DNA from: a virus | DNA length: 64,000 bases | IMG/VR virus record: IMGVR_UViG_3300037541_000696 | Span: 14,500 to 78,499 of that record | Direction: 5' to 3' (one strand) | Program-made: the position numbers and the translations under genes | In this document: positions 29,079-37,444 of the stretch, piece after piece | Layout of the letters: each line of letters starts with the position of its first letter | Numbering within the stretch: position 1 is the stretch's first letter | Notes under the pieces: model-generated | The model's database searches: none | Told to the model about the DNA's origin: nothing | The model's input: only the letters and a program-made list of their open reading frames with translations

Positions 29079-29303
29079 TTACAGATTGCTATCAGCACAT
29101 TCTAGCAACCTAGTAGCCCTTGCGGCAGAGACAACGCCTGATTCAGGGCCATTCTCAAGAATGGCTAGTGCCAATCGTTGAGCTTGTAAATCACTTAGCG
29201 CTGAATGTTGCGCAATAAAGCTGCTAAGGCAAGAGACGGTTTCTGTTAATTCTTGACGGTCTTGCTGTTGATCAAACCAGTCGCGAGTGATTGTGTCGAG
29301 CAT
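29079..29303 (-). CDS. hypothetical protein
   Basis: ORF track; preceded by a repeated CCGGGAGCCTATCCC hairpin. Confidence 0.6.
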   Translation of the reverse strand: MLDTITRDWFDQQQDRQELTETVSCLSSFIAQHSALSDLQAQRLALAILENGPESGVVSAARATRLLECADSNL

Positions 29304-29357
29304 AAAAGATGTTTTGATGTGATTGCCGGGATAGGCTCCCGGCTGGCCATAAAGTCT

Positions 29358-30338
29358 TTAGTTCACTCCACAAAGTTGGAGGGCGCTTTCCCTGGCTCGA
29401 TCTACCACGCGGGATCCTTGGCCCCAGGTGGCGGACTGAAACCGCGTGGAAAGTGTGCCATCACGCAGGCTTGTCTCCACCTCTGTAACAGCATTGTAGC
29501 CGCCCCAAACGGTGCCTGACACGCCATCAATATGCGCACCATATCCGCCAACGTAGGCGTTACGAAGTTTCTCCCATTTCCGAGGGGAATCTTCAATTGT
29601 GCCGTGGCGAATGCCTTCAGGGGTTGTCACAGAAGGCATGTTGTAGAGATGACCAAGCCAGATCTTGTAACCTTCAAAATCCATAGGCGTTTCTGCCATG
29701 CGCTTGTACTCTTCAACGTGCTTTCCAAATGTTTGGCGGGCAACGTCTATATTTTTCAGAATTTCATCAATCTGCGCAATGCCGATTTTAGTATGATTGA
29801 TTGAAAATTGTTTACCTGTGCGGGCGCCATCTTTTTGGGCAAAACCTAGAGTATTCATACAGACAACACGAATGTCTGTATAAATACCTCCAAAACTTGT
29901 CATGCCATCATGGCCAAGATAGCCGACAAAATTACGATGGATTTTATCACCTTCAACGATACTTGCATCAGTACCAAGAATCTTACCTGTAAATGCAACT
30001 TTGGCACCTTTCTTGAGCACAACAACCGTATCCATGATAATGTCATCACGAAGCATTTCTGCGAGTTGACATAAAATTTCGTTCTGGATCAATTCGTACT
30101 GCGGAGAAACGGTGCCAAGAACAACACCATTATCAGAGCGACAAACAGCAACGCGTTGATCAATTTGCTGATAGTCGTCTTCATTTTTGACAAACAGCGG
30201 GCGCTTTTCGACTTCAAACAATGCGCCAGCACGAGTGAAGGCCTCGCGAGCCGGCAACGTGCCTTCGATGACTTCGCCGAGGCTGTGCCAGGCACGTTTG
30301 CCGTTCATCATGATGCCAGAGTGAAAGTTGTGAGCCAT
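29358..30338 (-). CDS. DUF932-family protein
   Basis: MAHNF..AWHSLG..YELIQN..GHDG..IRVVCMNTL..HT..GTVWGGYNAVTE signature. Confidence 0.88.
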   Translation of the reverse strand: MAHNFHSGIMMNGKRAWHSLGEVIEGTLPAREAFTRAGALFEVEKRPLFVKNEDDYQQIDQRVAVCRSDNGVVLGTVSPQYELIQNEILCQLAEMLRDDIIMDTVVVLKKGAKVAFTGKILGTDASIVEGDKIHRNFVGYLGHDGMTSFGGIYTDIRVVCMNTLGFAQKDGARTGKQFSINHTKIGIAQIDEILKNIDVARQTFGKHVEEYKRMAETPMDFEGYKIWLGHLYNMPSVTTPEGIRHGTIEDSPRKWEKLRNAYVGGYGAHIDGVSGTVWGGYNAVTEVETSLRDGTLSTRFQSATWGQGSRVVDRARESALQLCGVN

Positions 30339-30421
30339 GACAGTGGAAGCAGGGTTTATGTCAGGCTTTGTCCGCCTGACTCCCTTATCCTATGCGCAGG
30401 AGGCTTTGAGGCGGATGGTGT

Positions 30422-30438
30422 TGTCACAATCTGTCGCA
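30422..30438 (-). promoter_or_regulatory. tandem-box promoter of DUF932 gene
   Basis: Sense TGCGACA-gat-TGTGACA, 29 nt from -10 TAGGAT (30387-30392). Confidence 0.7.
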
Positions 30439-30621
30439 ATTGCGCTGACGCTCCCTGGCGCCGAAGGCGCGGCGCCTGCGGCTGATGTCCTGGCGGCGCA
30501 AGAAATTGCGGTACCAGTGCTCCCGGCGCTGCTCCCGGCGCCAGGCCAGGGCCAGCATTCCAAGCAGCTGGGCCATGATTACCGAGCACATTCCAGCGGC
30601 AAACCAGTCGAGTGGGGTCAT
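30424..30621 (-). CDS. small TM protein with Arg-rich tail
   Basis: Coupled to the ASCH gene. Confidence 0.45.
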   Translation of the reverse strand: MTPLDWFAAGMCSVIMAQLLGMLALAWRREQRREHWYRNFLRRQDISRRRRAFGARERQRNCDRL

Positions 30622-31043
30622 GACACCTCAAGCAGCGCTTCCCTGGTCTCAGCCGGCAACCCCCCCACTGGCACATCAAAGAATCCCAGTTGACCGCGCC
30701 ATGGCGTAAACGGCAGTGGCCTTGGTTTTCTCAAGAGAAAACCATAGCTGCCTATGAACCACTCGCTGCAAGATGTAGTAACGCAATCGTAAATCTCAAC
30801 GCTTCCAATTATTCCCCCGCGTTGGATGTTTTCGCGGGTGACACCGGCTTCCATGCCCTTGAGGCCTGCGCCAGCGCCTTGAGCAAGGTCCCATGCGTGG
30901 GTCCACTCCGTTGGGGTCATTGTTTTTGCCGCATGAATTAGAATTCGACCGCGCACCGTGGTGGGCCAATCGCGGTTTTCGACGTTCTTGCCACCGTAGA
31001 TGATCATCCACGCCCATGGTTGGCGGATGCTTAGGGCGAGCAT
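30618..31043 (-). CDS. ASCH-domain protein
   Basis: ALSIRQPWAWMIIYGGKNVENR..RGRILIHA..GGIIGSV..RGQLGFF. Confidence 0.9.
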   Translation of the reverse strand: MLALSIRQPWAWMIIYGGKNVENRDWPTTVRGRILIHAAKTMTPTEWTHAWDLAQGAGAGLKGMEAGVTRENIQRGGIIGSVEIYDCVTTSCSEWFIGSYGFLLRKPRPLPFTPWRGQLGFFDVPVGGLPAETREALLEVS

Positions 31044-31583
31044 GGTTGCCCCTCCAGCTCAGCCCTTTTCGTGGCGTCAGGAGAATGGTTGCCTGGCACT
31101 GGGAAATGATAATGCGGCAGAAAATACTTATCAGCGTGGTATGGCACGCGTAAGTGCCAGGAAGCTGGGACATCCCGCTCCCCGTCAGCACTCTCAAAGC
31201 ACCAGCATTCGCCATCCTCGTTGTAGAAAGGACTGCTCTTCAGGATTGACCTATTGCCCTTTCTGACTGGCTCAAGCGCAGGGCCAGCCTTCATCACGGC
31301 TTCCATGTGATCCCGCGCCAGCCCCCGCAGCATTTCCCGGCGCTCCTTCACGGCCAGAATCTGCTTGATATCTGTCGCCAGTTCCGCTGCCATGTGGTTC
31401 ACCATGCGCTCGGTCAGCTCACTGATGAAATTCAGCACCGCCTTTTCGGCGGCGGTCTTCACTTGCGTCTCAAAATCCGTCATGTGGTTCTCCGGGTTTT
31501 GTGGTGTGTGGTCTAACCCTGCAATGAAGGCGGCGAACCTGGTGCGGGTTGCGGACGCTTAGGGCGAGCATGGTTGCCCCTCC
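31023..31583. repeat. 33-bp direct repeat (31023-31055 / 31551-31583)
   Basis: GCGGA(T/C)GCTTAGGGCGAGCATGGTTGCCCCTCC, 32/33 identical. Confidence 0.85.
31031..31483 (-). CDS. hypothetical (mosaic) protein
   Basis: Lies between the two 33-bp direct repeats. Confidence 0.5.
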   Translation of the reverse strand: MTDFETQVKTAAEKAVLNFISELTERMVNHMAAELATDIKQILAVKERREMLRGLARDHMEAVMKAGPALEPVRKGNRSILKSSPFYNEDGECWCFESADGERDVPASWHLRVPYHADKYFLPHYHFPVPGNHSPDATKRAELEGQPCSP

Positions 31584-31739
31584 CACCGCCGCCCACCACT
31601 CCCGGGAAGACTTAGCCTCCCAGCACTCCTGGCAGATGATGGCGCCATTGTCGTCGGGCCATTCCTCGGCTGGATCCGGGATGGTGTTGTTGCAGGTGTT
31701 GCAGGTGGTCAATGGCAAGCGGGTGGTAGTGTTACTCAT
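31470..31739 (-). CDS. small Zn-finger protein (CxxC..CxxC)
   Basis: CNTC and CQEC; runs into a duplicated ASCH start (MLALSVRNP). Confidence 0.55.
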   Translation of the reverse strand: MSNTTTRLPLTTCNTCNNTIPDPAEEWPDDNGAIICQECWEAKSSREWWAAVGGATMLALSVRNPHQVRRLHCRVRPHTTKPGEPHDGF

Positions 31740-31802
31740 GAGCGGTAGGTGGTGGAGCGAAGGTAATGCGAGAAGGCCCCCGGCGAAGCGTAAATGATTA
31801 TA

Positions 31803-32198
31803 CTAGATTCTTTGCCAGCACCTTTGAGTGAAAGCATTGGCCTGCTCAAATTGATGGTCCAGCGCTCGACCCACCGTGCCATGATATAGCAACAAGACCC
31901 ACTCATATCCAATTTTTTCTATTTCTTCCTTCGATAAAATTACTCCTTCGGGAGTTCTGTCTTTCAGCTTAAAACAGAGAAGGCGGTCTCCCGGCTTAGG
32001 GATCACTTGAATGCGGGAGACGGGAATCGTTCTTCCCAAAAGCCCGCCCATAAGGGCCGCTGTAGAATGATGACCAACAGCAGACTCCCACTCGAACTCT
32101 TGAAGATTGAGCTTTGCCGATTCCAAGTGGATAGCAATCGCTTCCCAGATGCCGTCACATCCTGAAGGGATAACGGTTGTATTCATTACGTAAAGCAT
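31803..32198 (-). CDS. acrIII-1: DUF1874 / AcrIII-1 family ring nuclease (anti-type III CRISPR)
   Basis: SAVGHHSTA (catalytic GH), IPVSRIQ, GDRL, RTPEGVILSKEEI match the SIRV1 gp29/YddF family. Confidence 0.85.
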   Translation of the reverse strand: MLYVMNTTVIPSGCDGIWEAIAIHLESAKLNLQEFEWESAVGHHSTAALMGGLLGRTIPVSRIQVIPKPGDRLLCFKLKDRTPEGVILSKEEIEKIGYEWVLLLYHGTVGRALDHQFEQANAFTQRCWQRI

Positions 32199-32241
32199 GG
32201 CGAAAATGGTTAATGAGTGTGGTTAAGAGTTGGAGATTAAA

Positions 32242-32415
32242 TTAGCGCCGGTTTCGGTTGTATTCAGGATAAGTGCCTTTGCGCTTTTCTTTCTCTGCAA
32301 CGCGTTGATCTTGGGTAAGGTAAAGACCCAAGCTAATCACAAAGTATAACCAATAGACCACGGCAAAAATAGCCAGTGCGCCTACAACTGCAAGAAAATT
32401 AAGCAAAATGGTCAT
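32242..32415 (-). CDS. small membrane protein (57 aa)
   Basis: Manual translation MTILLNFLAVVGALAIFAVVYWLYFVISLGLYL...; below the ORF-track cutoff. Confidence 0.5.
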   Translation of the reverse strand: MTILLNFLAVVGALAIFAVVYWLYFVISLGLYLTQDQRVAEKEKRKGTYPEYNRNRR

Positions 32416-32457
32416 GGGTCTGTGGCGAGGTGTGGATGATGGGATGTGGTGCGCTAC

Positions 32458-32685
32458 TCAGGCAACAAGGGTGTAGTTGTCAATGTCTTCAATGGGCACA
32501 ACGCGCCATTCCTCTCCGGGATTGGTGCCGATGCCACATTCACGCAACTCTCGCGCTACGACCTCAGCATCCTCAACCGTGGGCCATTCGTTAACGGCAA
32601 CTCGATAGACAATGGCATCAGCGTTAACGCCATTACCAAGGGGGTCGGTCCAACCGTCATGAGTGAAAAGTAGCAGGGCGAACAT
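32458..32685 (-). CDS. small acidic early protein
   Basis: Start MFALLLF, downstream of a tandem-box promoter. Confidence 0.55.
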   Translation of the reverse strand: MFALLLFTHDGWTDPLGNGVNADAIVYRVAVNEWPTVEDAEVVARELRECGIGTNPGEEWRVVPIEDIDNYTLVA

Positions 32686-32829
32686 GATCAAAACGCAAGG
32701 GAAAATGGTGTGCAGAGATTGCCGACTGCTTGGCAGGCTCCCTGCGGGCCAGGGGCTGAGCCCCGGAGGAGGCCCGTTGGCCTCCCGATGGACACACCAT
32801 ACCCACCGCACACCCCAACCACTCACTTC

Positions 32830-32846
32830 TGTTGTAAACCGTCACA
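32830..32846 (-). promoter_or_regulatory. tandem-box promoter of the AcrIII-1/ASCH unit
   Basis: Sense TGTGACG-gtt-TACAACA, 28 nt from -10 TATGGT (32796-32801). Confidence 0.65.
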
Positions 32847-33099
32847 AACCTCGATAACCGTATCACTGTGCTACACTTCCGCAAAGATCACATCATAGTT
32901 TATGGATGAAAAGTTTTTGCGTGAATTTAAGAAGGTTTCGCGCAATCTTTATGGCGCCGCTTGGCGTGTTGCAAATGGGACGCATATTACAAGAAAAGAA
33001 ATAGATGAAGACATGGCTGGGCTTAGAGCAGCAGTGACCGCGTACGGTAATCTGGTGCATTCTGAAGCTAAGCCTCAATAGGCGTGATATAATGAAGTG

Positions 33100-33172
33100 G
33101 TGGGACGGAGTGCGAATCCCCGACGGTCGCCCTAGGCCGGCGAATGAGAGGTTCGACTCCTCGCGGTCCACT
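33100..33172 (+). ncRNA. tRNA-like element (nominal anticodon AGG, no canonical D-arm)
   Basis: Acceptor GTGGGAC/GGTCCAC, stem TCGCC-CTAGGCC-GGCGA, T-arm GAGG-TTCGACT-CCTC; TGaTATAAT just upstream. Confidence 0.45.
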
Positions 33173-33222
33173 GCGGGTCGCACGACTGGCGCTTTCGTCC
33201 CACAAACATTATCACTTCCAGT

Positions 33223-34941
33223 ATGGATCCACTTTTTCGCGTTGAAGTCATCGCGCAAACGCCTAATCCTCAGCAATGCATGTACGCTGCAATGCATCAG
33301 GATTACAGTGAAGGTTTTGTGTATGATGAGCGTGATAAATGGCCGGATGAAACTAAAGCTGGGGAGATCTGTGTAAATAGACTATTGAAAGGAGAACGTG
33401 GGCACTATGGGTGCTATTCAAGTGATACTGAAGTTTTAACTTCTGAGGGTTGGCTCGATTGGCCTAGTGTTACCGCGTCATCTATGCTTGCAGCAGTCGA
33501 TATTCATACTAATCTAATTTCATTTGAAAAACCTACAGCGCTTCAAAAAGTACAACTTAATGCGGGCGACAAGCTTTATAGTCTTGTTAGTCAAAAGCTA
33601 GATATATTAGTAACACTTGATCACCGTATGGTAATAACTACAAAAAAACAAGGAAACAATTGGACTGAGCCGTTTTTTGCTTCCGCCAGTGAGGTGGCGG
33701 GCAGGGCTGTTCGCTATAGGCTTGCTGGTAAACTAAAAACACGACATGTTCCTTCGCATTGCCCAAGCGGAGTTGACTTGGTTTCATTGTTTAAGCTTGC
33801 AGGGTTTTTCTATGGTGACGGATGCAGGTCTAACAATATAAATCCAGGATGTCTTCGCTTTCGCCTCAGAAGGGCGAGAAAAATAGCTTATCTCAAAAGT
33901 CTAGGCTTTCATATTGATCAAATGCAGTCTGATAGATTCACGTTAAGAGAAAAAGAAGTGTCTCAATGGGTGCATAAATACTTTACTCATGAAAACGGTA
34001 AGGCGATACCTTCATTTATCATGCATTTACCTAGCGGTCTTTTTGATGCTTTTGCAGATGGATTAAAAAACAGCGATGGGACACTATCAAATGATACATG
34101 GTGTTTTGATTCAAAAGAAAAAAAATCTCTTGATATTTTGCAAGCCGCTTTTCATCTTAATGATAAGCTTGCGTCTTTTTCTTTAAATAATCCAAACGAA
34201 GGAGTTGGGCATGAAAATCATGCTCCTTGCTGGAGGATATATATTTCATCACGCGAGCCATACGCCAGAAGCGAAGTTAATCAAAAAGGAAGAACCCGTG
34301 GATCAGAGCAGTTAATAAATTATCAAGGGTATGTTTACTGTGCAACTATTTCCACAGGCGCTTTACTCGTAAGGCGAAACAATAAGCCATTTATTTCTGG
34401 AAACTGTTTAGAACATCCACAAATTATCCTTAACTGCGGACACTTTCCGCACTCCGTGATGCAACAAGCTCGGACACACAGAGTAGGCGTGAGTATGGAT
34501 TGTCAGTCAATGCGCTATACCGGTGATCGCATTTGCAAAGCCGCCAACGGTGAATTGCCTCTTGAAGAAGTATTCTACTTGCGTCCATTAGGTCATTATA
34601 CCGACCGTCAAGGCAAAAAATATGAATACACCAGTAATCATCGCGCAAAAGATCTTTGGCTTTGCAAATTTGCCGCTGAACGCTATCGCGATCTTCTGTC
34701 GCAAGGTTTTGCTGAAGAACACGCACGCGGAATCCTTCCTTTTGATTATAGGCAACATTTTGTAGTCAGCTTTAACGCAAGGTCATTTATGCACTTCCTA
34801 GACCTACGCGCAAAGCTTGATGCTCAGCTAGAGATCCGTCAGCTATGTGACTTAATGTGGCCGCACTTTAAGGCTTGGGTGCCGCAGATTGCGGAATGGT
34901 ATGAACAGGCCAGGCTGCATAAGGCACGGTTGGCGCCATAG
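33223..34941 (+). CDS. thyX: flavin-dependent thymidylate synthase with intein
   Basis: GHYG|..|CLEHP, QARTHRVGVSMDCQSMRY, LDLRAKLDAQLEI; cyanobacterial-type sequence. Confidence 0.95.
   Translation: MDPLFRVEVIAQTPNPQQCMYAAMHQDYSEGFVYDERDKWPDETKAGEICVNRLLKGERGHYGCYSSDTEVLTSEGWLDWPSVTASSMLAAVDIHTNLISFEKPTALQKVQLNAGDKLYSLVSQKLDILVTLDHRMVITTKKQGNNWTEPFFASASEVAGRAVRYRLAGKLKTRHVPSHCPSGVDLVSLFKLAGFFYGDGCRSNNINPGCLRFRLRRARKIAYLKSLGFHIDQMQSDRFTLREKEVSQWVHKYFTHENGKAIPSFIMHLPSGLFDAFADGLKNSDGTLSNDTWCFDSKEKKSLDILQAAFHLNDKLASFSLNNPNEGVGHENHAPCWRIYISSREPYARSEVNQKGRTRGSEQLINYQGYVYCATISTGALLVRRNNKPFISGNCLEHPQIILNCGHFPHSVMQQARTHRVGVSMDCQSMRYTGDRICKAANGELPLEEVFYLRPLGHYTDRQGKKYEYTSNHRAKDLWLCKFAAERYRDLLSQGFAEEHARGILPFDYRQHFVVSFNARSFMHFLDLRAKLDAQLEIRQLCDLMWPHFKAWVPQIAEWYEQARLHKARLAP
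33412..34404 (+). mobile_element. intein (331 aa) with LAGLIDADG endonuclease in thyX
   Basis: CYSSDTEVLT, block B VTLDHRM, LAGFFYGDG, DGLKNSDG, VYCATI..ISGN|C. Confidence 0.92.
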
Positions 34942-34945
34942 GAAT

Positions 34946-34962
34946 TGTTTCGTTATGTAACC
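34946..34962 (+). promoter_or_regulatory. tandem-box promoter
   Basis: TGTTTCG-tta-TGTAACC, 28 nt from TACGCT (34991-34996). Confidence 0.5.
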
Positions 34963-35041
34963 AATCAGCGGAATAACTGCCTAACCAAGCTACGCTTTGC
35001 AATAGAAGGCGACACTTTTCAACCGCTTTCAAAATACAACA

Positions 35042-35416
35042 ATGAATTACAATTTCACCATCAGCGACGTCATGAATTTTGCTGAGTCTAAATCTAGTAT
35101 TTTAGGCTGGAAAGCGTTTGGATGGGAAAAAGTTGGTGATGATTCAATCGTCACAGGATCAGTTCCAACCGGCACCTATCGCTCAGGGCCACGCAAAGGT
35201 AGGCCAAAATTTGCCGGCCCGGAATCCAAGGTCATAGTTACAAGAGCTGAGCTTGAAGCCCATGCAGCCGCCCACGAATCAAACACTGGCAAGTGCTGGG
35301 ATTGCAAAGGATCGGGCCAGACGATTGCTGGATGGAGCAAAGACAATGGCACTCGATATGAGACGTGTTCACGATGCAAGGGAACAGGCATCGTTTCAAT
35401 ATCAGACGCAAGTTAA
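35042..35416 (+). CDS. protein with DnaJ-type Zn finger
   Basis: CWDCKGSG and CSRCKGTG. Confidence 0.7.
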   Translation: MNYNFTISDVMNFAESKSSILGWKAFGWEKVGDDSIVTGSVPTGTYRSGPRKGRPKFAGPESKVIVTRAELEAHAAAHESNTGKCWDCKGSGQTIAGWSKDNGTRYETCSRCKGTGIVSISDAS

Positions 35417-35418
35417 AT

Positions 35419-35448
35419 AAAAAAGGGGGCGTAATTGCCCCCTTTTTT
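35419..35448. terminator. bidirectional intrinsic terminator
   Basis: A6-GGGGGC-gtaatt-GCCCCC-T6 between convergent genes. Confidence 0.8.
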
Positions 35449-35513
35449 ATTTGAGAAAGCAGTAATCAGTGCTCATTTTTGTGAATCAGCGAGTTCAGTG
35501 ATTTAATCTGGTG

Positions 35514-35906
35514 TCATGATTGCACGGGCATCAATCCAACCTTAGCATTTATGGCGGAATTCCTAAGCAGTGCATTAAATGTTTTGAATTGACCGGTTGA
35601 CCATGCTTGGTGGTCGGGTCTTGGTTTAAACTCAAACACGGAAACAATAGATTGGTCAATATTAAGCTCAATTCTAAGTCCTATCATGTGATCTGCAATG
35701 CAATCACAGTGATATCCACGAACAACATTCATTCCGTCGTTATTACTAGCAAAAAATGAACTACAGTAACTAAGCACGGTATTTATAGAAATATCTGCAC
35801 TTACCTGAGATTTCAAGCCTGATTCTTGATAAGCAAGAAAAAAATAATGTTGCGCAAGAGTATCAAACTTGTCGGCGTTGATCTTGTACCTAATCGCGTA
35901 AGCCAT
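35514..35906 (-). CDS. hypothetical protein
   Basis: Probable start MAYAIRYK. Confidence 0.55.
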   Translation of the reverse strand: MAYAIRYKINADKFDTLAQHYFFLAYQESGLKSQVSADISINTVLSYCSSFFASNNDGMNVVRGYHCDCIADHMIGLRIELNIDQSIVSVFEFKPRPDHQAWSTGQFKTFNALLRNSAINAKVGLMPVQS

Positions 35907-35978
35907 AATACTTTTGTGGAAACTCAGTGCTTCCAATAGTTGCATCATAAGCAATGCGGCGACAGGTGAAACGCGTTG

Positions 35979-36431
35979 TTACAAAACTTGATCAGGACGC
36001 TGCAGCTGAGATTCCATCCGCGATACGGCCAAGGAGAGCCTCTGCTCTCTCTGCTCGCCTTTCTGCCTCCTCTCTTCCCTCTCTTGCTTCATTGATTGCA
36101 GCAATAAGGAGAGTTTTTTGTTCTGTGAGGAGATCTTTTTGTTCTGCGATTCTATTTTCTGCCTTAATTCTGTCTCTGTTGTTACTGCTGATTGCATTCT
36201 TGAAATAGCCAAATCGGTATCATTTGACTCAATAATTGCAGCCATGTCTTCATTAAATTTTTTCTTTCTCTCCGCAGCCTCTTTGTCGTACTTTATTTGT
36301 CTAATCACAAGAATAGGTGGCACGATGACAAGACATGCGCAAGCGATGATAAAGTCAGGTGAAATGCTCATAGTTGCTAAAGCAAAGGACAAAAGTGCAA
36401 GATGCGACAAAAGAATAATAGCACAAATCAA
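35979..36431 (-). CDS. TM plus coiled-coil protein
   Basis: Hydrophobic N-terminus then coiled coil. Confidence 0.55.
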   Translation of the reverse strand: MICAIILLSHLALLSFALATMSISPDFIIACACLVIVPPILVIRQIKYDKEAAERKKKFNEDMAAIIESNDTDLAISRMQSAVTTETELRQKIESQNKKISSQNKKLSLLLQSMKQEREERRQKGEQREQRLSLAVSRMESQLQRPDQVL

Positions 36432-36875
36432 TCAAAACGGCTCTAATGGAATCAACGTAATCAACACCCCCGGCAGCTCGTTCTCTACGCAATAACGCTT
36501 ACTTGTGTTGCCATCCACAATATAGCTATCATCACGATAAAGAACACCGGTCAAAGCGTCACCTATGGCACGCAACAGCTTATCCCTATCTGGGCGTGCT
36601 GTCATGTATTTAGGCGCATTAGACCTTAAGCCTTTCTTGTTGAAATGTGACTTAGGCCTTTGAAACATAAAAACAACGCTCATTGATACAGCACCTTCTA
36701 TCATTTGTGCGTCAAGATCTATTGCAACGCTGGCTACAAGATCACGCCATTCCTTTAGCTGCTTGCATGTTTCAATTAAAACAGCTCTTCCATCATGACC
36801 TTTGCCGACATATTTCTTTGAGCCTTGCGGCATGGGATTCATTCCGCGCACTTGAAAAGTGATTGATTCAGGCAT
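36432..36875 (-). CDS. rusA: RusA-family Holliday junction resolvase
   Basis: PMPQGSK, RPKSH, RPDRDKLLRAIGDALTGVLYRDDS. Confidence 0.9.
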   Translation of the reverse strand: MPESITFQVRGMNPMPQGSKKYVGKGHDGRAVLIETCKQLKEWRDLVASVAIDLDAQMIEGAVSMSVVFMFQRPKSHFNKKGLRSNAPKYMTARPDRDKLLRAIGDALTGVLYRDDSYIVDGNTSKRYCVENELPGVLITLIPLEPF

Positions 36876-36900
36876 AAAGATCAGCGCTTTAATCTTAACA

Positions 36901-37275
36901 TTATAGCCATATTATAGGCTCAGGCCGCATCCGCAATCGACTGTTTTCTTCAGTTAATGCCGTCAATTGCGATTTAAGACTTGCGTTGTCTTGCTTCAGT
37001 GTTAAATTAGCAAGCACTAATCTTTTGGCTGCTTTGTTGTATTCTCTACCTTTAAGCGCCAGACTTTTTAAACAGGCTACATACAGTTTATTCATGATAT
37101 GCACAATATCGCCTTTGAACTGAGGATATTCATTCTTTAGCTTGCCTGCAAAATCTCTCATCATGCAATCTTCTATCCATCCGTGCTTTTCAAACAAATC
37201 ATGATCTTCTATGATTTGCCATAGATCGGCTTCCAGTAGTGCATTTTTAGCGATGAAATCATCAAACAAGGTCAT
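36901..37275 (-). CDS. hypothetical protein
   Basis: ORF in the replication operon. Confidence 0.55.
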   Translation of the reverse strand: MTLFDDFIAKNALLEADLWQIIEDHDLFEKHGWIEDCMMRDFAGKLKNEYPQFKGDIVHIMNKLYVACLKSLALKGREYNKAAKRLVLANLTLKQDNASLKSQLTALTEENSRLRMRPEPIIWL

Positions 37276-37444
37276 TTGCTTTGTTGCGAAGTTTTGTTAT
37301 GTTTTTAACAATATGTCTAACCGTGCGCTTGTTTAGCTTGCCAGGTTTTGCGAAGCTTTTGATTGTTCGTGATTGATTGATCAGCGACAATAAAACAGCA
37401 AACAAACACCAAATACAAATCAAAGCAAAAAATATCGTCGTCAT
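37262..37444 (-). CDS. small TM protein
   Basis: Coupled ORF with hydrophobic N-terminus. Confidence 0.5.
   Translation of the reverse strand: MTTIFFALICIWCLFAVLLSLINQSRTIKSFAKPGKLNKRTVRHIVKNITKLRNKANDLV

Noticed and set aside
32893-33376. ORFs 32893-33297 (-) and 33092-33376 (+)
   Set aside because: They overlap the thyX start and the tRNA-like element and show no recognisable protein features.
35967-35983. TGAAACG-cgt-TGTTACA as another tandem-box promoter
   Set aside because: Spacing to TATGAT (35944-35949) fits only if the second half-site is proximal; left out as ambiguous.
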